From the NCBI GenBank assembly GCA_001779925.1, contig MFEK01000014.1:1011-65010 (forward strand): a DNA stretch of 64,000 nt, given 5' to 3'. Source of the stretch: Candidatus Doudnabacteria bacterium RIFCSPHIGHO2_01_FULL_46_14. Lineage in GTDB: Bacteria; Patescibacteriota; Doudnabacteria; UBA920; 2-01-FULL-46-14. The notes below the pieces were generated by a model. That model ran no database searches. It saw nothing but the letters and a program-made list of their open reading frames with translations, and was not told where the DNA came from. Positions 35,230 to 44,060 of this stretch are shown in pieces (position 1 is the stretch's first letter; each line of letters starts with the position of its first letter). Both the position numbers and the translations under genes were made by a program.

Positions 35230-37046
35230 AGCTTTCCGATTATTTAGTTCAGTACCTTGTAGATTTGAATGTCAAGCACGTTTTTTTAGTTATTGGGGGA
35301 GCATGCGCGATTCTTGTTGACGCGATCGGTAAAAACAAGAATCTAAAATACGTTTGCACGCAGCACGAACAAAGCGCGGCCATGGCTGTGGATGCATATT
35401 CGCGCATGACGCAGAACTTCGGCGTGGCAGTCGTAACGTCCGGACCGGGAGCGACCAATCTCATTACCGGCATTTGCTGCGCTTATTTTGATTCGATCCC
35501 GTGTTTGTTTATTGGCGGCCAGGTGAACATTTGGGAAACAAAAGGGGACAAAAAGATCCGCCAGCTTGGTTTTCAGGAAACCGATATCATTGATATGGTT
35601 AAACCAATCACCAAATTTGCGGTTCTGGTCAAGGCGCCGGAAAAGATAAAATATTATTTGGAAAAGGCCGTGTATCTGGCTAAATCCGGCCGGCCGGGTC
35701 CTGTGTGGCTCGACATCCCCATGAATGTCCAGCAGGCTGAAATCGATCCCGACACTCTCGTGGGTTTTGATCCGTCTGAGCTTGGAGAAAAACCGGCAGA
35801 TGTGGCTCAGGAAACTATCTTTAAAATCTTAGCAGAGCTTAAAAAGGCCAAGCGGCCGGTGGTTATCGCCGGATCGGGGATCAAGCTTGGCAAAGCGCAA
35901 ATAGATTTTCTTGAATTTATTAAAAAATTCCGCGCTCCGGTTATTTCCACTTGGAGCGGCGTAGATATTTTACCCTATGATCACGAACTCTATATAGGGC
36001 AATTTGGAGTGTACGGAAATCGCGCGGCGAATTTCACCGTTCAAAACGCAGATCTTGTTCTCAGTCTCGGGTCGCGTCTTGATACCAGGCAGACAGGGGG
36101 GCAGCCAAAAACCTTTGCAAGAGCGGCCAAAAAGATTGTCGTGGATATTGACCGGGGCGAGCTGGAAAAAGACTGGGTAGTGGCGGACCTTCCCGTGTGC
36201 GCGAACGTTAAAGACGTGCTCACAAAACTCAATGATAGTCAGAATGAGACTTTGGAATTTCCAGATTGGCTTGTCAAAGCCAAAGAATGGAAGCAGCGCT
36301 ATCCGGCGGTTCTTCCCGAATTCTACGATCAGAAAGGCTCGGTCAATTCCTATGTTTTTGCCAAAACCTTATCAGAAAAACTCCAGCCGGGCGCGGTGGT
36401 GGTTGCGGACCAGGGGGGCAATCTGACCTGGACAATACAGGCTTTTCAGGTAAAAAACGGACAGCAGCTTTTTTCCGCGTTTGGCAACTCGCCCATGGGT
36501 TACGCTTTGCCCGCGGCCATTGGCGCGGCATTCGCGCGTCCGGGAGAGGCGATTATCTGCATTGACGGCGATTGCGGATTTCAGATGAACATTCAGGAAC
36601 TGCAGACAGTCAAATATTACAATCTGCCGATCAAAATATTTATTTTGAACAATCATTCATACGGCATTATCAAGCAGTTCCAGGAGATTTATTTTGAAGG
36701 ACGCTACACTGCAACTACGCCGGAGACTGGCTACAGCGTGCCGGATTTCATAAAGATCTCCGAGGCTTACGGCATTCCTACGATGACAATCTCTAATCAT
36801 CAGGAACTTTTGGGAAAACTTGACCAAATCCTGGAAGCTGAGGGACCGATTCTCTGCGACGTAATTCTTGACGAGAACCAGAAGCTTATTCCCAAGCTGG
36901 TCTCTGTAAGAAACACTGAAGGCCGCTACATCAGCAGGCCCATAGAAGATTTGTCTCCGCCCTTGTCGCGCGAAGAGCTCAAGGCCAACATGATCGTGAA
37001 AATGCTTGATGAAGAGAAAAGTGAAAAACCCACGGAGATAAACTAA
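35226..37046 (+). CDS. Thiamine-diphosphate enzyme, acetolactate-synthase-large-subunit-like (YerE-like branched-sugar synthase candidate)
   Basis: HEQSAAMAVDAYSRMTQNFGVAVVTSGPGATNLITGICCAYFDSIPCLFIGGQV (ThDP N-terminal domain). Central FAD-like domain. C-terminal GDCGFQMN...NN ThDP-binding motif. Confidence 0.75.
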   Translation: MKLSDYLVQYLVDLNVKHVFLVIGGACAILVDAIGKNKNLKYVCTQHEQSAAMAVDAYSRMTQNFGVAVVTSGPGATNLITGICCAYFDSIPCLFIGGQVNIWETKGDKKIRQLGFQETDIIDMVKPITKFAVLVKAPEKIKYYLEKAVYLAKSGRPGPVWLDIPMNVQQAEIDPDTLVGFDPSELGEKPADVAQETIFKILAELKKAKRPVVIAGSGIKLGKAQIDFLEFIKKFRAPVISTWSGVDILPYDHELYIGQFGVYGNRAANFTVQNADLVLSLGSRLDTRQTGGQPKTFARAAKKIVVDIDRGELEKDWVVADLPVCANVKDVLTKLNDSQNETLEFPDWLVKAKEWKQRYPAVLPEFYDQKGSVNSYVFAKTLSEKLQPGAVVVADQGGNLTWTIQAFQVKNGQQLFSAFGNSPMGYALPAAIGAAFARPGEAIICIDGDCGFQMNIQELQTVKYYNLPIKIFILNNHSYGIIKQFQEIYFEGRYTATTPETGYSVPDFIKISEAYGIPTMTISNHQELLGKLDQILEAEGPILCDVILDENQKLIPKLVSVRNTEGRYISRPIEDLSPPLSREELKANMIVKMLDEEKSEKPTEIN

Positions 37047-37050
37047 CATA

Positions 37051-37998
37051 ATGACCAATAAAAAAATTTCAGTAATAGTGATTTGTTATAATGACGGCGG
37101 CAGCGTGCAGGAAATGTACCGGCGCGTTACTGAAAGCATGCGTCAGATTACTGACAACTACGAGATCGTTTACGTCAATGACGCGAGTCCCGACAATGCT
37201 TATGAGCGCCTTAAGGTGCTTGCAGAAAAAGATAAGCGGCTCGTGGTTATAACGCATACCCGCAATTTCGGCGGTCAAAACGCTTATACCTCGGGACTCG
37301 AGTATTGCACGGGCGATGCGGCCATAACGCTTGACGGCGATATTCAGGACCCGCCGGAAATGTTTCCGAAGCTTGTAGAGAAATGGCTCGCTGGCTACGA
37401 AATCGTTTATGGCGACCGCGTGGAAAGAGAGGGGAGCATCATCCGTAGAATTTTTTATAAAATATTTTACAAAGTCTTCAGTGCCATGTCCGCAGTAAAA
37501 ATGCCGCTCAATGCCAGCGATTTTGCGCTCCTGGACCGTAAAGTGATCGATGCGCTAAAAAATATGCCCGAATCCGGCCGGTTTATCCGCGGTATGCGCG
37601 CCTGGACCGGGTTTAAAAGCATCGGCATTCCTTATAAGCGCTTGGCGCGGTTTTCCGGCCGCACCAACCTGACTTTTTTGGGCAACGTGCGCTGGGCCAG
37701 GCTCGCGATTTTTTCTTTTTCCGACCGCCCTTTGGAATGGATCTCGTATTTGGCGATGATCATGACATTTTTGGCCGCGTTAGGAATCGTTTTTTATATT
37801 ATATTTGCGATTTTCAATCCCGCCCCGTCCGGCTTTTTGACTATTCTCGTTTCCGTATTGTTTTTGGGAGCCATCCAGCTTTTATCCCTGAGCGCCATCG
37901 GCGAATACATTGCCCGAATTTTTGAAGAGGTCAAGAACCGCCCGAAATATATCCGCAGGGAGATACTAAATGATTACAAAGGAGAAATAAAAAAATGA
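37051..37998 (+). CDS. GT2 polyprenyl-phosphate glycosyltransferase (ArnC/GtrB-like), paralog of 32952..33920
   Basis: ISVIVICYNDGGSV; EIVYVNDASPDNA; ITLDGDIQDPPEMFPKLV; two C-terminal TM helices. Confidence 0.8.
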   Translation: MTNKKISVIVICYNDGGSVQEMYRRVTESMRQITDNYEIVYVNDASPDNAYERLKVLAEKDKRLVVITHTRNFGGQNAYTSGLEYCTGDAAITLDGDIQDPPEMFPKLVEKWLAGYEIVYGDRVEREGSIIRRIFYKIFYKVFSAMSAVKMPLNASDFALLDRKVIDALKNMPESGRFIRGMRAWTGFKSIGIPYKRLARFSGRTNLTFLGNVRWARLAIFSFSDRPLEWISYLAMIMTFLAALGIVFYIIFAIFNPAPSGFLTILVSVLFLGAIQLLSLSAIGEYIARIFEEVKNRPKYIRREILNDYKGEIKK

Positions 37999-39155
37999 AG
38001 CTCTCAAAGGCCGCGGAAAAACTCAAAGGCAGTCCCATGTTTCAGTTTTTGGCCAAAGCCCAAGAGCTGGAGCGACAGGGCCGGAAAATTTATCATTTTG
38101 AAATCGGCGATCCGGATTTTGATACGCCCGAGCATGTGAACCGCGCCGGCATAGAAGCCATAGAAAAAGGGGAGACGCACTATGTCAATTCCCTGGGCAT
38201 CCGCGAGCTGCGGGAGGCGATTTGCGAGGAAACCGAAAAAACTTTGGGCTTCAAACCCGACCTTGACCAGGTGGTGATCGCGCCGGCGATTTCTTTTATC
38301 TATTTTGTAACGCGCTGCGTGGCCGATCCCGGCGATGAGGTCATTGTGCCGGATCCGGGATTTTCTTCGTATTATTCCGCCTTCGACTTCATTGGCGTGA
38401 AATGGGTCAGCGTACCCCTGCGCGAGGAGAATGAGTTTCGTATGAATTCCAAGGATATTGAGGAGCGCATCACTCCAAAAACGAAACTCATCATTATTAA
38501 TTCGCCGCAAAATCCGACCGGCGCTGTCATGACGCGCGAAGAACTCGAAGAGGTTGGCAGGATCGCGGAGAAGCACGGCATTTATCTCTTAACAGACGAG
38601 ACCTACGGCAAGATGACTTATGAATATCCGCACTATTCGCCAGCCACACTTGATAAATGCCGCAAGCAGACCATTATTTTAAATAGTTTTTCTAAAACTT
38701 ACGCCATGACTGGCTGGCGCCTCGGTTGGGCCGTAGCGCCCAAAGAGTTGGTTATTAAGCTGGGACTCATGATCCAGACAATTATCTCTGCAGTGCCGCC
38801 GTTTATTCAGAAAGCCGGCATAGCCGCGCTCCGGGGGGACCAGTCGTTTATTACGAAAAGTTTAAAAGAATACCAAAGCCGCCGCGATGTCATGGTCAGG
38901 ATATTAAATGAAATGCCTGGCGTAAAATGCTTTAGCCCCAAAGGCGCATTTTACGTTTTTCCGAATATTACTGGCACTGGCATGACTAGCGAAGAGTTTA
39001 CCAATTTTGCCCTGGAAAAAGCCGGTGTAGTTTTGCTTCCCGGGACGACTTTCGGCCAGTACGGGGAAGGTTATGTGCGTCTTGTCTACGCCAATTCGCT
39101 CGCGAACATTGAAGAAGGGCTGACCAAGCTGAAACAGGCTCTATTGCAGAAATAG
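37995..39155 (+). CDS. Class I/II pyridoxal-phosphate-dependent aminotransferase (aspartate-aminotransferase-like)
   Basis: NSPQNPTGAVMTREEL; SFSKTYAMTGWRLGWAVAP (PLP-lysine region). Confidence 0.8.
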   Translation: MKLSKAAEKLKGSPMFQFLAKAQELERQGRKIYHFEIGDPDFDTPEHVNRAGIEAIEKGETHYVNSLGIRELREAICEETEKTLGFKPDLDQVVIAPAISFIYFVTRCVADPGDEVIVPDPGFSSYYSAFDFIGVKWVSVPLREENEFRMNSKDIEERITPKTKLIIINSPQNPTGAVMTREELEEVGRIAEKHGIYLLTDETYGKMTYEYPHYSPATLDKCRKQTIILNSFSKTYAMTGWRLGWAVAPKELVIKLGLMIQTIISAVPPFIQKAGIAALRGDQSFITKSLKEYQSRRDVMVRILNEMPGVKCFSPKGAFYVFPNITGTGMTSEEFTNFALEKAGVVLLPGTTFGQYGEGYVRLVYANSLANIEEGLTKLKQALLQK

Positions 39156-39200
39156 CACGTCTGAGTTAAACTGACTGGAAATCTAGAAGAGGAGGTTTTT

Positions 39201-39836
39201 ATGAAGTGGATTGTTGTGGTCGGGGCTTTAAGCAGTTTTGGGCAACCGATTTGCAAGAGGTTGTTTGATGCTGGATTTGGCATTTATGGAGTAGGCGTGC
39301 ATCTGAAAAAAGATGTGATTTATGATCCTGCAGTGTTCTCGTTCGACAGGGTTGACATCACCAATAGGGATGATACTGCCGAATTTTTCCGCGGGATCAG
39401 GAAAAAAGAGGTAGCGGGGCTCGTCAATGCTGCGCGGTTTGTACCATCGGTGTCAGATCCAGTTCGGCTAAATCTCGAAGTATCTGTAAGAATGTGGGAG
39501 ACCAATGTTCAGGGACTCGCTTATTTAGTCGACGAATTCATGTCTTCCGCAACGCGAAACCATTGGCCGCCTCCATTGACTGTGGTCGATATCGCTGATT
39601 GCGAACAAAGAGTTGGAGTGCATCCGCTTTTTTCGGCCGCAATGAGCGCAAGACGCAGGATGGGTTTTGAGTTGGCGGCCTTATATCAGAATCTGCGGAT
39701 TAAAACCATTATCCGTAAGGCCGAGGACACGCCGGAGCAGATCGCCGAAGCCGTGGAACTTCTGATGTTCGGGCAGTGCAAAGATTTCATCGGCGAATAC
39801 ACGCCAACACCAGATTCGGACTTTGCAACGAGATAG
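39201..39836 (+). CDS. Divergent SDR-like Rossmann protein
   Basis: VVVGALSSFGQPICKRLFDAGFGIYGV glycine-rich N-terminus. Canonical SD GAGGAGG upstream. Catalytic motifs are degenerate. Confidence 0.4.
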   Translation: MKWIVVVGALSSFGQPICKRLFDAGFGIYGVGVHLKKDVIYDPAVFSFDRVDITNRDDTAEFFRGIRKKEVAGLVNAARFVPSVSDPVRLNLEVSVRMWETNVQGLAYLVDEFMSSATRNHWPPPLTVVDIADCEQRVGVHPLFSAAMSARRRMGFELAALYQNLRIKTIIRKAEDTPEQIAEAVELLMFGQCKDFIGEYTPTPDSDFATR

Positions 39837-39909
39837 ACCATCAACGAGCCGGCAGAAGACCTTATTAGGACTTGCTGCCGGTTCAACATTTTTGCCATAA
39901 TAGCTTATT

Positions 39910-39996
39910 ATGAACCCCGTTAGAAATCTTAACTTCTTACGGCGGCGACAAATTAAATGATAAGCAAATAATTAAAATAGGATTTCTAACGGGGTG
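39910..39996 (+). repeat. MITE-like gene-junction element J4
   Basis: TATGAACCCCGTTAGAAAT ... ATAGGATTTCTAACGGGGTGAAAA. Here the element's TGA does not terminate an annotated gene. Confidence 0.8.
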
Positions 39997-40746
39997 AAAA
40001 TTTTTATAACTGGAGTATCTTCGGGAATAGGGCAGGAAACAGCCAGGCTTTTGATTTCCGCGGGGCATGAAGTTTGGGGCATAGCCAGAAGAAAGGATTT
40101 ACTGGATAAATTGGCGGATGAGCTGAATTCGCCGTATTTTTTTTATTCCCAGTGCGATGTGGCAATCGAGGAAGATGTAAATAACACTATTCAGCTTATG
40201 GCGGAGAAAAATTTTATGCCTGATGTTGCGGTGCTCAATAGCGCGATTTTTCCAAAAGATCTGAAGGACGGGTTTGATTTCAGTGCTTTTCGAAAGACCT
40301 TTGCCGTGAATTGCTTTGGCGCTTTAATCTGGGTAGAAAAGTTTTTGCCAAAATTTTTAGAAAGAGGCTCAGGAAAATTTTTGGCCATAGCTTCTACCTC
40401 TGCCTTCCGGCCTGATCCGGCAAGCGTTTCTCTGCCTGCCTCAAAAGCGGCTCTGTCCATGGCGTTTCGGAGCATGGGGCTACGTCATAATCAGTCTGGC
40501 GTGAAATTTACCATAGTGTATTTTGGGCCGGTGGCGACTGACATAGTTCCCGAGTTTCGCGATACAAAAGGCCTCGGCAAACTGTTTGTTATGAATCCGC
40601 AGACCGCCGCGCAGAAATTAGTAAAAGCGATTTTTGGTAATAGCGCTATTTATTATTTTCCGTTCTGGCTGACTCTGATTTTCCGCTTGACCTTGTTTTT
40701 GCCAGATCGCCTGTTTTCGGCATTGAGCAAGAAAATAAAGAGATAA
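39994..40746 (+). CDS. SDR-family oxidoreductase (GTG start from junction element)
   Basis: MKIFITGVSSGIGQETARLL; catalytic ...ASKAALSMAF. Confidence 0.75.
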   Translation: MKIFITGVSSGIGQETARLLISAGHEVWGIARRKDLLDKLADELNSPYFFYSQCDVAIEEDVNNTIQLMAEKNFMPDVAVLNSAIFPKDLKDGFDFSAFRKTFAVNCFGALIWVEKFLPKFLERGSGKFLAIASTSAFRPDPASVSLPASKAALSMAFRSMGLRHNQSGVKFTIVYFGPVATDIVPEFRDTKGLGKLFVMNPQTAAQKLVKAIFGNSAIYYFPFWLTLIFRLTLFLPDRLFSALSKKIKR

Positions 40747-40750
40747 AAAA

Positions 40751-40789
40751 GAAACCGGCGGAACATCACATCGGATGCCCACCGGTTAG
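40751..40789. terminator. Weak bidirectional terminator-like hairpin between convergent genes
   Basis: AACCGGCGG-n16-CCACCGGTT followed by AGTTTTGG. Imperfect stem. Confidence 0.3.
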
Positions 40790-40796
40790 TTTTGGT

Positions 40797-41354
40797 CTAA
40801 AGGGATTCATTTAAATTTCGATCATTGAACTCGAGGTTATACCAGACCAAAATCGCTTCGAGGAAGCCATAGTGATGCCGGAGCAGATCATAAGGAAGTG
40901 TGTAGACTGAATGCCACCAGAAACTCGGCGGCGGCTCATCTACAAGTTCGCATGCCAGTACTATGCCGTTTTCCGGTCCTCGTTCTGTCATGTTAAATAT
41001 CGAGGCGACAGGTTCTGCCCGATAGCGCAGCCGGGCGCCCCCCAATTCCCGTTTAACTCGCCGGACAGCATCTTCGTAACTATGGTCAGTTGCGCGGAGC
41101 ATACTTCCTGGTGATGCTGACCTGCCCCGCCATTCTGGAATGTCCGTCTCGGGACGCTTGTGCAATAACACCTCGCTTTTTAGTCCTCCTGAAGGACCAG
41201 CTCTGAGAAATACTGTCTCAATCGCGGTTAGCGCAACATGCGGCGCGATTGCATTGTAGAACTGCCGCGACCACGGTTGCTTGATTTTACCGAGCAGTTC
41301 CACGAGCTGGTTTTCCTGTTCCAAAGTTAATCCAGCAGTCACTTCGACCGCCAT
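40797..41354 (-). CDS. Hypothetical protein, possibly NUDIX-like
   Basis: 185 aa. SPGSMLRATDHSYEDAVRRVKRELG loosely resembles a Nudix box. Visibly GC-richer than neighbours. Confidence 0.3.
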   Translation of the reverse strand: MAVEVTAGLTLEQENQLVELLGKIKQPWSRQFYNAIAPHVALTAIETVFLRAGPSGGLKSEVLLHKRPETDIPEWRGRSASPGSMLRATDHSYEDAVRRVKRELGGARLRYRAEPVASIFNMTERGPENGIVLACELVDEPPPSFWWHSVYTLPYDLLRHHYGFLEAILVWYNLEFNDRNLNESL

Positions 41355-41382
41355 GGTTCCCTCCTAGTTGAAAAGTTGTCGG

Positions 41383-42159
41383 TTAAAACAGTGCGTTCTG
41401 GATGGCCAGACCGCCGTCAACGCGAATTTCGGCTCCGTTGATATAGCTGGCCTGGTCCGAAGCGAGAAACGCGCAGACGTCGGCAATATCTTTGGGAGCC
41501 CCAAGCCTACGAAGCGGGATTTTTCCCGAGAATTCCTTGATCTTGCTTTTTGAAAGGCCGCGGGTTATCCCAGTTGGGTAGATGGCCCCAGGGGCAACAG
41601 CGTTAGCCCGAAGCCCTGTTGGACCAAGCTCTAATGCCAGATTTCGCATGATCCCGACCATTCCGTGTTTGGATGCGTCATAGGCCGCTCCATTGGGAAA
41701 GGCCAGTGCGGTATGCACCGAGGTGATAAAGATCACTGATGCCGGTTTTTTGCCCCGACGCGCTTTCACAAAGCGGTCTGTAATGCGCATTGTCCCTCGG
41801 AGGTTAACGTCCATGATCGCGTTGAATGTCGTTAATGACAGGTCAATCCTTTTTTTCTCCCATGAGAACGGTTCATCGATTCCAGCGTTGTTTACGAGAA
41901 TGTCAAGCTTGCTCCAGGGGATTTGCTCAAAGTTTTGTGGTTTGAATTCCGGGTGAACGATGTTCACCTCGAGAGTTACGAGGTTTCTGGATTTCGTCTC
42001 GCGCGACAATGACTGCAAACCATCCAGATCTTTATCCAGAGCGATAACCCTGGCTCCTTCCCCGAGAAATTTTTTGACGATAGCACGGCCAATGCCGCTT
42101 GCTCCGCCGGTCACCAAAGCGGATTTTCCTTTGAGATTCATGATACCTCCATTGTACAT
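41383..42159 (-). CDS. SDR-family oxidoreductase (3-oxoacyl-ACP-reductase-like)
   Basis: LKGKSALVTGGASGIGRAI; NNAG; YDASKHGMVG catalytic YxxxK. Confidence 0.8.
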   Translation of the reverse strand: MYNGGIMNLKGKSALVTGGASGIGRAIVKKFLGEGARVIALDKDLDGLQSLSRETKSRNLVTLEVNIVHPEFKPQNFEQIPWSKLDILVNNAGIDEPFSWEKKRIDLSLTTFNAIMDVNLRGTMRITDRFVKARRGKKPASVIFITSVHTALAFPNGAAYDASKHGMVGIMRNLALELGPTGLRANAVAPGAIYPTGITRGLSKSKIKEFSGKIPLRRLGAPKDIADVCAFLASDQASYINGAEIRVDGGLAIQNALF

Positions 42160-42227
42160 TGAAAGATTAGATATTATAAGCCTTAAAACCGATCATTGTC
42201 AATGCTTGTCATGCTATAATTAAAGCA

Positions 42228-42400
42228 TGAACCCCGTTAGAAATTCTGGGTGATTGTGACGGGGTCGCATGATTAACCCCGTTAGATATATCTGTAATAA
42301 GTCCTCTAATACTGATTAATAATATGATAATAAGACAGAAATTAACGATAATATTCCATATATATCTAAGCGGGGTTAACCATTTATTTCTAACGGGGTG
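42228..42400 (+). repeat. Composite junction element J5: outer MITE-like element carrying a nested variant copy
   Basis: Outer TIRs ACCCCGTTAGAAAT (42231-42244) and ATTTCTAACGGGGTG (42386-42400). Inner element TIRs TTAACCCCGTTAGATATAT (42270-42288) and ATATATCTAAGCGGGGTTAAC (42361-42381). Confidence 0.75.
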
Positions 42401-43198
42401 AAAATTACTATCCTTGGAGCAGGCACTGACGCCTCAAATTTGCCAGGAATCGAGAACCGATTTCCGCCGGGATATTTTGTGGAGCTAGGGACAGAAAATA
42501 TTTTATTTGAATGTTCCGAGGGCGTAAGATTCAGGCTGGAACAGATGGGGCAAGATTATACTGCTATCAAGCATCTTGCCATTTCTCATTCCCATCCCGA
42601 CCACTATGTTTTGGTCCCGTTTTATCAGTCCATTCATAATAATCTTAACTGGAGCGGCCGCTATGATGAGCCGCACTTGCTGAATATCTATGCGCCGAAA
42701 AATATAACCAGAGAGTTTTGGGATATGTGGCGCATGCATCACCCCAATTTTCCAGAGGGTCTAAAAACTCCGAAATTGAATTTTATAACCATGCCAAGCG
42801 AGTGTAGGGTCGGCGATGCGAAATTATCCGGTTTTTCAGTTTACCATGGCAAAGGCCTCGTGCCTGCTGTCGCTTATAGATTGGAGGCTGGCGGTAAAGT
42901 TTTTGCGTATTCCGGGGACAGTGGAATTTGTGATGGTGTTATCGAGGCGGCGAGAAATGCTGATGTGTTTATCTGTGAAACCTCGGCAGGGATTGATGAT
43001 GAAAAAAGCGGCACTGTCTATGGCCATCTCAATCCGCGGCAAGCAGGGGAGGTAGCCAAGAGCGCGGGAGCCAAGCAAATTGTCTTTGTACATTACACTG
43101 GTCTTGATTCAGACGAAGCTATGATTGAAGACTGTAAAGTTTCGGGCTTCACTGGCAAGGTTGTTGTCGGCAAAGATTTTCAAGTTTTTGAAATATAG
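42398..43198 (+). CDS. MBL-fold metallo-hydrolase
   Basis: HLAISHSHPDHY (HxHxDH zinc motif). GTG start from junction element (MKITILGAG). Confidence 0.7.
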   Translation: MKITILGAGTDASNLPGIENRFPPGYFVELGTENILFECSEGVRFRLEQMGQDYTAIKHLAISHSHPDHYVLVPFYQSIHNNLNWSGRYDEPHLLNIYAPKNITREFWDMWRMHHPNFPEGLKTPKLNFITMPSECRVGDAKLSGFSVYHGKGLVPAVAYRLEAGGKVFAYSGDSGICDGVIEAARNADVFICETSAGIDDEKSGTVYGHLNPRQAGEVAKSAGAKQIVFVHYTGLDSDEAMIEDCKVSGFTGKVVVGKDFQVFEI

Positions 43199-43237
43199 AA
43201 TCACGCGATAACTCCTCGCAGGTTGTTTAAATGTACG

Positions 43238-43267
43238 CTATGTTAGCGTACTAGTACGCTAACATAG
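43238..43267. repeat. 30-bp perfect palindrome
   Basis: CTATGTTAGCGTAC-TA-GTACGCTAACATAG, with an internal nested palindrome GTACGCTA-TGT-TAGCGTAC. Confidence 0.7.
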
Positions 43268-43304
43268 TCTATAGAATTAGCTTCGATCGGAAATCGGGAG
43301 TTTT

Positions 43305-43332
43305 CAACGGCTCAACCGCCGTTGAGCCGTTG
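43305..43332. repeat. 28-bp palindrome (12-bp arms)
   Basis: CAACGGCTCAAC-CGCC-GTTGAGCCGTTG. No U-tract follows. Confidence 0.7.
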
Positions 43333-43427
43333 GCCAGTCAGACTGCCCCATTGACATATAGAGTAATTTTGCAGTAAATTTAGCTGTCTATAACGGACAG
43401 CAATTTTCGTTTCTGTAGGAGGAAACA

Positions 43428-44060
43428 ATGGGGAGATATGCTCTTGTCTGGGTTCCGAACGGATTCGACCCGAATGGCAAAGGATTGCACACAGATGTGT
43501 TCGGGCGTGCGGGCCTCGAGCTTGCTAGTGTCCGCTACAGAGAATTGAAATCCCAAGGCCGCGAAGTCATCTGGGTGTTTCAAAAATCAGAACTACATTT
43601 TGTCGGTTCTGAGAGGCGGCTCTGGGAGACGGCATGGGACGAATCGCTTCAGGCAGGCATTGAACGAAGCGACATTCGTCTTGCTGAATCGGAAAAGCTC
43701 AACGGCGTAGGCCAAGTCAACGCGCTTACTGATGGCGTAGCGATTGCTGCGTTTTTCAAAAACAATCCCGTGTATTTCATTGAGATTTTCAACTGTCCTG
43801 CCGAGGTTAGTGGATATTTTGTGAAGACTTACAAAGCCAGCGGAAGGTTCATCGCAGGATACTGCGACTACCGTTTTACAATCGTGCCTACTACGACGGT
43901 GCGAGTAAACAAGAAATGGTTGAGAATTTATCAGTTGCTTGAGGTCGTCACAACCATCGCAGCCCTGACCAAACCAACGTATCTTCTGTGGTATTGGTTT
44001 CGCTGCTGGAAAGATAGAGGTCGCAGTCAAGGATTTGTGCGAACACTTGAGGAGGTCTAA
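43428..44060 (+). CDS. Hypothetical protein (210 aa), no recognisable family
   Basis: Strong SD TAGGAGGaaacaATG. Visibly higher G+C than flanking genes. Possible C-terminal hydrophobic segment (IAALTKPTYLLWYWF). Confidence 0.5.
   Translation: MGRYALVWVPNGFDPNGKGLHTDVFGRAGLELASVRYRELKSQGREVIWVFQKSELHFVGSERRLWETAWDESLQAGIERSDIRLAESEKLNGVGQVNALTDGVAIAAFFKNNPVYFIEIFNCPAEVSGYFVKTYKASGRFIAGYCDYRFTIVPTTTVRVNKKWLRIYQLLEVVTTIAALTKPTYLLWYWFRCWKDRGRSQGFVRTLEEV

Noticed and set aside
43383-43399. CTGTCTATAACGGACAG as an E. coli-type LexA box (CTGT-N8-ACAG)
   Set aside because: Spacing is N9, not N8. The better-supported SOS-type operator in this window is the Cheo box at 54753.
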